Assembly: GCA_965203035.1 (NCBI GenBank)
Contig: OZ241858.1
Span: forward strand, 2,347,685 to 2,411,684
Direction of reading: 5' to 3'
From: Candidatus Spongiisocius sp.
GTDB lineage: Bacteria > Actinomycetota > Acidimicrobiia > Spongiisociales > Spongiisociaceae
DNA length: 64,000 nucleotides
Below are positions 58,661 to 64,000 of this stretch, one piece after another; positions within the stretch are counted from its first letter, which is position 1, and each line of letters starts with the position of its first letter. Both the position numbers and the translations under genes were made by a program. Below the pieces are notes generated by a model, which was given only the letters and a program-made list of their open reading frames with translations, searched no databases and had not been told where the DNA came from.

Positions 58661-60021
58661 GCCCCTCTCCCGATCTCCGCCAGAGCCCCGACCAACGCGT
58701 CTACGTGCGCATCGGGTGTCGCCTCCGTCACGGCGAACAGCAAGGCATCACGTGCCTCGGGCTCCGGCCGGGACGACACATCGAAGCCCGGCCCGATGCC
58801 GCGCGCCGCCAGCCGGGCGGCCAGGTCGGCGGCAGGAAGAGGCCCTCGAACGAGGAACTCCTGGAACCAGGGTCCGCGTTCGGGCGTCTCGTAGCCGGGC
58901 AGCGCCGCGATACGCGAGGCGGCGTCGTGGGCGCGCTGGTAGCAGAGCACGGCGGAGTTGCGCATACCGCTCGGGCCGAGCGCCTGGACGGTGATGGTGA
59001 AAGCAACCGCTATCAAGGCCTGCGCGGTGGACACGTTCGAGGTGGCCCGTTCCCTCCGGATGAACTGCTCCCGGGCTTGCAGGGTGAGCACGTATCCGGT
59101 GCGCTCCTCTCCCCCACCGTTGCCATTGGCGAGTTCCCGGGTACGCCCCACGATGCGCCCCGGCATCTGCCTCAGGTACTTCGTGCGGGCCGCGAACAAA
59201 CCGAGCGAGGGCCCGCCGTAGTTGGGAGGGCCGGCCAGGTCACGGCCCTCGCCGGTCACGATGTCGGCGCCGGCATCGCCCGGCGCACGCAGCAGGCCCA
59301 GCGCGAACGGGTCGGCGACCGCCACCAACAGAGCCCCGGCGCCATGGGCGGCATCGGCTAGCGGTTCCAGATCCACGATGGTTCCGAGGAAGTCCGGCTG
59401 CTGGGCCACCAGGCAGGCGTGCTCGTCGCTGATCGCCTCGGCCGACGAGACAGTATCCACTTCCAGCCCGGTGCCGCGCGCGTAGGCGCGGACCACTTCG
59501 GCGGTTCCGGGATGGATCGGTTCGAGCAGCGCGACGGTCCTCCGCTTCGTGACGCGGGCCGCCAGCAGGCAGGCTTCCGCGGTGGCGCTGGCCACGTCGT
59601 AGAGCCCGGCGTTCGACACGTCCATCCCGGTCAGCTCGCAGACGACCGACTGGTACTCGAACGCAGCCTGCAGGGTTCCCTGGCTGATCTCCGGCTGGTA
59701 CGCCGTGTAGGAGGTGGCGAACTCGGAACGCCAGGTGAGGTATCCGGTGATGGACGGGATGGAGCGCCGGTACGCTCCCGCGCCGAGGAAATCGGGCCGC
59801 GCGGGCGCTGCGTTGGCGGCGGCATGTTCCTCCATCAGCGCGATTAACTCCGCCTCCGGAAGCGCGGGCGGGAGGTGGATCTCCGGGTCCCGCATGGCTG
59901 CGGGCAGGTCGGCGAACAGGGCCCCTACGTCGGGGGCTCCGACGCGCTCCAGCATCCGGGCGCGATCCGCCTCCGTGGCCGGAATGTACGGATGCGGTGA
60001 AGCGGAAGACCGCGACGACAA
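58657..60021 (-). CDS. gcvPA: Glycine dehydrogenase subunit 1
   Basis: FLGAGAY, YTAYQPEISQG, REQFIRRERATSN. Confidence 0.95.
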   Translation of the reverse strand: MSSRSSASPHPYIPATEADRARMLERVGAPDVGALFADLPAAMRDPEIHLPPALPEAELIALMEEHAAANAAPARPDFLGAGAYRRSIPSITGYLTWRSEFATSYTAYQPEISQGTLQAAFEYQSVVCELTGMDVSNAGLYDVASATAEACLLAARVTKRRTVALLEPIHPGTAEVVRAYARGTGLEVDTVSSAEAISDEHACLVAQQPDFLGTIVDLEPLADAAHGAGALLVAVADPFALGLLRAPGDAGADIVTGEGRDLAGPPNYGGPSLGLFAARTKYLRQMPGRIVGRTRELANGNGGGEERTGYVLTLQAREQFIRRERATSNVSTAQALIAVAFTITVQALGPSGMRNSAVLCYQRAHDAASRIAALPGYETPERGPWFQEFLVRGPLPAADLAARLAARGIGPGFDVSSRPEPEARDALLFAVTEATPDAHVDALVGALAEIGRGA

Positions 60022-60024
60022 GTC

Positions 60025-60429
60025 TCAGTGCTCCTCGAGCAGCGTCCGGTAAGCGGCCGCGTCGAGCAGGTCGTCGAGCTGTGACGCGTCGGCCATGCGG
60101 ACGCGGATCATCCAGCCGTCTCCGTAGGGTGAGTCGTTCACCAACTCCGGCTGATCTTCGAGATCCCCGTTGACGGCGATCACCTCGCCGTCCACCGGGG
60201 CGTAGAGGTCGGACACGGTCTTGGCGGATTCGATCTCGCCGCAGGCCTCGCCGGCGGTGACGCTGTCCCCTTCGGAGGGGAGCTCCAGGTACACCACGTC
60301 GCCCACCCCGTCCTGGGCGAAGTCCGTGATGCCGATGGTGCCCTCGTCCGGGTTCCCCTCGTCACGGCGAAGCCACTCGTGCTCCTCCGAGTAGAGGAGG
60401 TTGTCGGGAATCTCGAAATCGGCCTTCAT
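60025..60429 (-). CDS. gcvH: Glycine cleavage system H protein
   Basis: HEW, GITDFAQ, ESAKTVSD lipoyl-Lys, VNDSPYGDGW. Confidence 0.96.
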   Translation of the reverse strand: MKADFEIPDNLLYSEEHEWLRRDEGNPDEGTIGITDFAQDGVGDVVYLELPSEGDSVTAGEACGEIESAKTVSDLYAPVDGEVIAVNGDLEDQPELVNDSPYGDGWMIRVRMADASQLDDLLDAAAYRTLLEEH

Positions 60430-61544
60430 CAGTCCCTCGACTTTCTGTAGAACGGACGGCGCACCACTTCGACCGGCAGCATGCGGCCGCGTACATCGAC
60501 TTCGAACCGGTCCCCGGGCTTCGCAAGCTCCACAGGAAGGTAGGCCATGCCTATGCCGAGACGCAAGCTCGGGCTGAAGCCTCCGCTGGTCAGCCGGGCG
60601 ACGGGTTCTACCCCATCCGGAGCATGTACCGCGTAACCCGCCCGCGGCACGCCGCGGGCCCGCGCCGCCAGGTGGGCGAGCCTCCGCACCAGGGGTCGCT
60701 CCCGCGCTTCGGCCAGCGCATCGCGTCCCGTAAAGGACGCCCCGTCATCGAGGGTCACGGCGAAACCCAGGCCGGCCTCGTACGGACTCGTCGCCGCGTC
60801 GATGTCGTTGCCGTACAGGGGCAACGCAGCCTCCAGCCGCAGCGTGTCCCGCGCCCCGAGACCCGCCGGCGAAGCACCTCCGTCGATCAGCGCATCCCAC
60901 AGAGCCGCGGCGTGCGCCACCCCCACCATGCACTCGCCGCCGTCCTCGCCCGTATAGCCGGTGCGGGCGAACGTGACCGTCCCACCCTCCCAGTCGAGTT
61001 CCACGCATGCGTGCAGATCGAGCGTCGCGATGCCATCCCCGAGGACGCTGCCGAGAAGCGCCATGGCGTCCGGACCCTGGACAGCCAGCATCACCGTCTC
61101 CGCGGTGATCTCGGAAGCCAGGTCGCCGGACACGGACCGCAGCCGGTCGAAGTCCCGGTCGGCGTTGGACGCGTTGTGGACGACCAGCCACCGCTCCCCC
61201 GCCAGCCGGTAGATGAACACGTCATCCTCGATTCCCCCGGCCTCGTTGCAGTAGAGCGAGTAGTGAGCCTCACCGACGGCCAGCTTGTTCACATCGAAGG
61301 TGGTAACCGATCTGAGTAGCCGGTCCGCTTGCGGTCCCTCAACCCGGGCGCGTCCCAGGTGGGAAATATCGAAGACCCCGACACCTTGGCGCACGGCATT
61401 GTGCTCACCCACTATTCCCTGGTACCGGAGCGGCATATCCCAGCCGGAGAAGGGTGCGAAACGGGCCCCGAGAGCTTCGTGCCGGTCCCGCAGTGCTAGC
61501 TGTCTGAGCCTGCGTCCGGCGCCGGAGCCGCCTTCTTCTGTCAC
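60429..61544 (-). CDS. gcvT: Glycine cleavage aminomethyltransferase
   Basis: GWDMPLRY, FDISHLG, RTGYTGEDG, GLGARDTLRLEA. Confidence 0.96.
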   Translation of the reverse strand: MTEEGGSGAGRRLRQLALRDRHEALGARFAPFSGWDMPLRYQGIVGEHNAVRQGVGVFDISHLGRARVEGPQADRLLRSVTTFDVNKLAVGEAHYSLYCNEAGGIEDDVFIYRLAGERWLVVHNASNADRDFDRLRSVSGDLASEITAETVMLAVQGPDAMALLGSVLGDGIATLDLHACVELDWEGGTVTFARTGYTGEDGGECMVGVAHAAALWDALIDGGASPAGLGARDTLRLEAALPLYGNDIDAATSPYEAGLGFAVTLDDGASFTGRDALAEARERPLVRRLAHLAARARGVPRAGYAVHAPDGVEPVARLTSGGFSPSLRLGIGMAYLPVELAKPGDRFEVDVRGRMLPVEVVRRPFYRKSRD

Positions 61545-61629
61545 AGCCCGAGTTTAACCCGAGTGGCCAACCCGAAGACACGTCCGCCGACCAGGGGCTT
61601 CGTGTCTCGCGCACGCGGCCCGGTGGCCG

Positions 61630-62514
61630 CTAGGTGACCGAGGCTGCGAACACGTTGCCCACCAGCCGGCCCAGCGCCGCATCGAACTCCTCCTGGGACT
61701 GGTCCACCGCCAAGCCCTCCAGGAGGGCCCGGCTGAAGCTCGCCACCATGCCGCGCTGCCGGGCGAGGCGCTCGCACGCCTCCGCGTGGTCGTAGCCCCC
61801 GGAGAGGGCCGCCACCCGGACCACGTTCGGATGACCGACCAGGTCGACGTACAGATCGTCCCGGCTGGGGAGGGTCAGCTTGAACATGACGCCCGAATCC
61901 CCGAGCCGACCCAGCCGGGCCAGGATGGCACGTAGGAGCATGTCCTCCGCCTCTGCCTTCTCCGGGCTGTTGATGTCCACCTCGGGTTCGAGGATCGGCA
62001 TCATCCCGGCCGCCAGTATCCGCTCCCCCACCTCGAACTGCTGCTCCACGTTGGCCTCTATGCCCTCCATGTCGGCCATCTTGATGACCGAACGCATCTT
62101 GGTGCCGAAGACCGCGCTCTCCCGACCTTCGTCGAGCAGGTCGTCCAGGCCGGCCATCGGCTTCATCAGCTGGACGCCGTCCCGCTCCCCGTCCAGACCC
62201 TCGTCCACCTTCAGGAACGGCACCACACCCCTCTCCCGCCACAGGTAACGAGCTGAGCCGACGCCATCGATCCGGCGGCGCATCGTGTCGGCGAACAGGA
62301 TGGCGCCGATGACCCGGTCCCCGCCGAAACCCGGACTGGTGATGATCCGGGTTCGCATGTCGTGGATCAGGCCGAACATCTCATCGCTCGTCGAGTAGGC
62401 GTCCTCGGGTATCCCGTACCTCGCCAGCGCCTTGGGTGAGCTACCCCCGCTCTGATCCAGCGCGGCGATGAACCCTCGCCCCTCCTTGACCTTCTGCAAC
62501 TGGTTTACGTTCAT
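61630..62514 (-). CDS. fda: Class I fructose-bisphosphate aldolase
   Basis: GFIAALDQSGGS, PFLKVD, FGTKMRS, PILEPEV, ALSGGY, ASFSRAL. Confidence 0.94.
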   Translation of the reverse strand: MNVNQLQKVKEGRGFIAALDQSGGSSPKALARYGIPEDAYSTSDEMFGLIHDMRTRIITSPGFGGDRVIGAILFADTMRRRIDGVGSARYLWRERGVVPFLKVDEGLDGERDGVQLMKPMAGLDDLLDEGRESAVFGTKMRSVIKMADMEGIEANVEQQFEVGERILAAGMMPILEPEVDINSPEKAEAEDMLLRAILARLGRLGDSGVMFKLTLPSRDDLYVDLVGHPNVVRVAALSGGYDHAEACERLARQRGMVASFSRALLEGLAVDQSQEEFDAALGRLVGNVFAASVT

Positions 62515-62592
62515 GTTCTCGTTCCAGGTTGTCCGACTCCCGAACCGGCACGGCGGGCCCATGCCGCCTGTGCTCGCCGCTACGTTAATGGT

Positions 62593-63885
62593 ATGAGCAC
62601 CGACGGTCCGCAGCCCCGATCGTCATCCAAGATATCCCGCGCCACCCGGGCTGTGGGACGCAAGATCGAAGGGCAGTTCTCACGCCACGGCTGGGCGTTC
62701 CGGCGGCTGGCCATATCCCACGCCACCAACGTGGCCGGAGACGCCCTGGTGGCCCTGGCCCTGGCCGATACGCTGTTCTTCTCGGTGCCCACCACCGAGG
62801 CTCGGGGAAACGTGGTTGCGTTCCTTCTCCTGACCCTGGCCCCTTTCGCCGTGATCGGACCCCTCCTCGGCTCGCTGGTCCACCGGTTGCCTCGCAGCCA
62901 CCGGGCCGGACTGGCCTTCGGGTCACTGGGGCGCGTGGTGCTGGTGGCCGCGATGATGCGGGCGGAGACCGACCTCGTGATGCTCTCGATGGTATTCGGG
63001 ATCCTGGTGCTGTCCCGGATCTACGGGATCAGCCGCAGCTCGATCCTGCCCACGGCGCTGCCCGATCCGGCTGATCTGGTGGAGGCCAACGCCCGCCTCG
63101 CACGGCTCGGGATTCTCGCCGGCGGGGCCGTCCTCTCGATCGGGCTGGGCGCCATCAATCTGCTGGGCAACATGGCCGCTCTGGTGCTGGCAGCCGGCCT
63201 CTTCGCCTGGTCGGGCATCACCGCGCTGGGTCTGCGGGTCGACCTCCGGCCCGCCGCGCGGGAGCCGGGCGCAGAGGCTATTCCGGTGGCCCGCTCCCCC
63301 GCCTCCCGGCGGGCGGTCCGCCATGCCCGGATTGCCACCGCCATCGTCCGCCTCCTGAACGGCTACCTCCTCCTCCTGGTGGCATTCGTCTTCCGGAACG
63401 ACGAGGCGGGAATCGTGGGGTTCGGCAGCCTGCTGCTGGCCGCCGGCGCCGGCTTCGGCGTTTCATCACTGCTGGCGCAGTTCCTGGCCCGGCGACTTCA
63501 CGAGGAACCGATGGTGGTGGCGGCCCTGGCCCTGGAAGCGGCCGCCGCGTTCATCAGCGCCCACGTGTTCGGCGTGTGGTCCGCGGCGGCCGTAGCCTTC
63601 TTCGCCGGGCTCGCCTGGGGTACGGCCAAGTTCGGATACGACGGCCTCCTCCATGCCAGCGTCCGGCCCGAGGAACGGGGCCGCATGTTCACCTATTCGG
63701 AGACCCTGTTCCAGGTGGCCTGGGTGGTGGGGGCGGTCATTCCGGTGCTGGTGCGCATCCCGGCCACGCTCGGGCTGGTCCTGGCCGGATGCGCGGCGCT
63801 GCTGGCCCAGGTCGTCCTGGTCAGCGCCCTGCTGATCTCGATGGCCGATCCGGCCGACACGGATCCCTACGGCGTCCGCCGGTAG
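62593..63885 (+). CDS. MFS-type membrane protein
   Basis: Many hydrophobic helices; ALADTLFF..EARGNV; GRMFTYSETLFQVAWV. Confidence 0.85.
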   Translation: MSTDGPQPRSSSKISRATRAVGRKIEGQFSRHGWAFRRLAISHATNVAGDALVALALADTLFFSVPTTEARGNVVAFLLLTLAPFAVIGPLLGSLVHRLPRSHRAGLAFGSLGRVVLVAAMMRAETDLVMLSMVFGILVLSRIYGISRSSILPTALPDPADLVEANARLARLGILAGGAVLSIGLGAINLLGNMAALVLAAGLFAWSGITALGLRVDLRPAAREPGAEAIPVARSPASRRAVRHARIATAIVRLLNGYLLLLVAFVFRNDEAGIVGFGSLLLAAGAGFGVSSLLAQFLARRLHEEPMVVAALALEAAAAFISAHVFGVWSAAAVAFFAGLAWGTAKFGYDGLLHASVRPEERGRMFTYSETLFQVAWVVGAVIPVLVRIPATLGLVLAGCAALLAQVVLVSALLISMADPADTDPYGVRR

Positions 63886-64000
63886 CCGTCATCCGCGCTC
63901 CTCGAATATCCGGTGAATCCGCTGGATGGTGTCGGCCTCATCGGGCGGTTTGTCGGGCCGGTACTGCTTGACGCGGGCGAAACGGAGCGCTACCCCGCCC

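Noticed and set aside
61545-61629. Possible glycine riboswitch upstream of gcvT
   Set aside because: The gap is only 85 bp and I see no glycine aptamer consensus.

Overview
High-GC bacterial chromosome segment, most likely a deep-branching actinobacterium of the Acidimicrobiia type. This is inferred from the pgsA-patA-pimA-pdxS-pdxT-yebC block, the split gcvPA/gcvPB and a DUF222-HNH gene. Layout: (1) 1-9.6 kb, an unassigned catabolic cluster (class III aminotransferase, two SDRs, E2 acyltransferase, two M24-fold hydrolases, CitE-like lyase, PEP-utiliser-like phosphotransferase, Zn-dehydrogenase). (2) 9.7-21.8 kb, housekeeping genes. (3) About 22-50.9 kb, a mosaic defence/accessory island. It holds an HNH gene, two NucS-like nucleases, DUF3800 and DUF4268 genes, three copies of a small antitoxin/RelE-like toxin unit, an ApeA-like HEPN protein, a helicase remnant, a type III R-M system with an embedded TA pair, a broken TIR/SEFIR gene, a RES-Xre TA pair, Fic, and two 1735-bp IS1380 copies with CTWAG target duplications. 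(4) 50.9-64 kb, amidase, PhyH, MazEF-like TA, ggt, AAA-DUF4143, gcvT-H-PA-PB, aldolase and an MFS transporter. The most interesting non-coding signals are a TGTCA(C/T)-N10-(T/C)AnnnT promoter motif (PafBC/RecA-NDp-like) found six times, in front of the nucleases and an unannotated structured sRNA candidate; a dif-like XerCD site inside the island; a structured RNA leader before DUF3800; and a repeated TA+leader unit separating variable cargo genes. All calls come from reading the sequence by eye; no searches were run.
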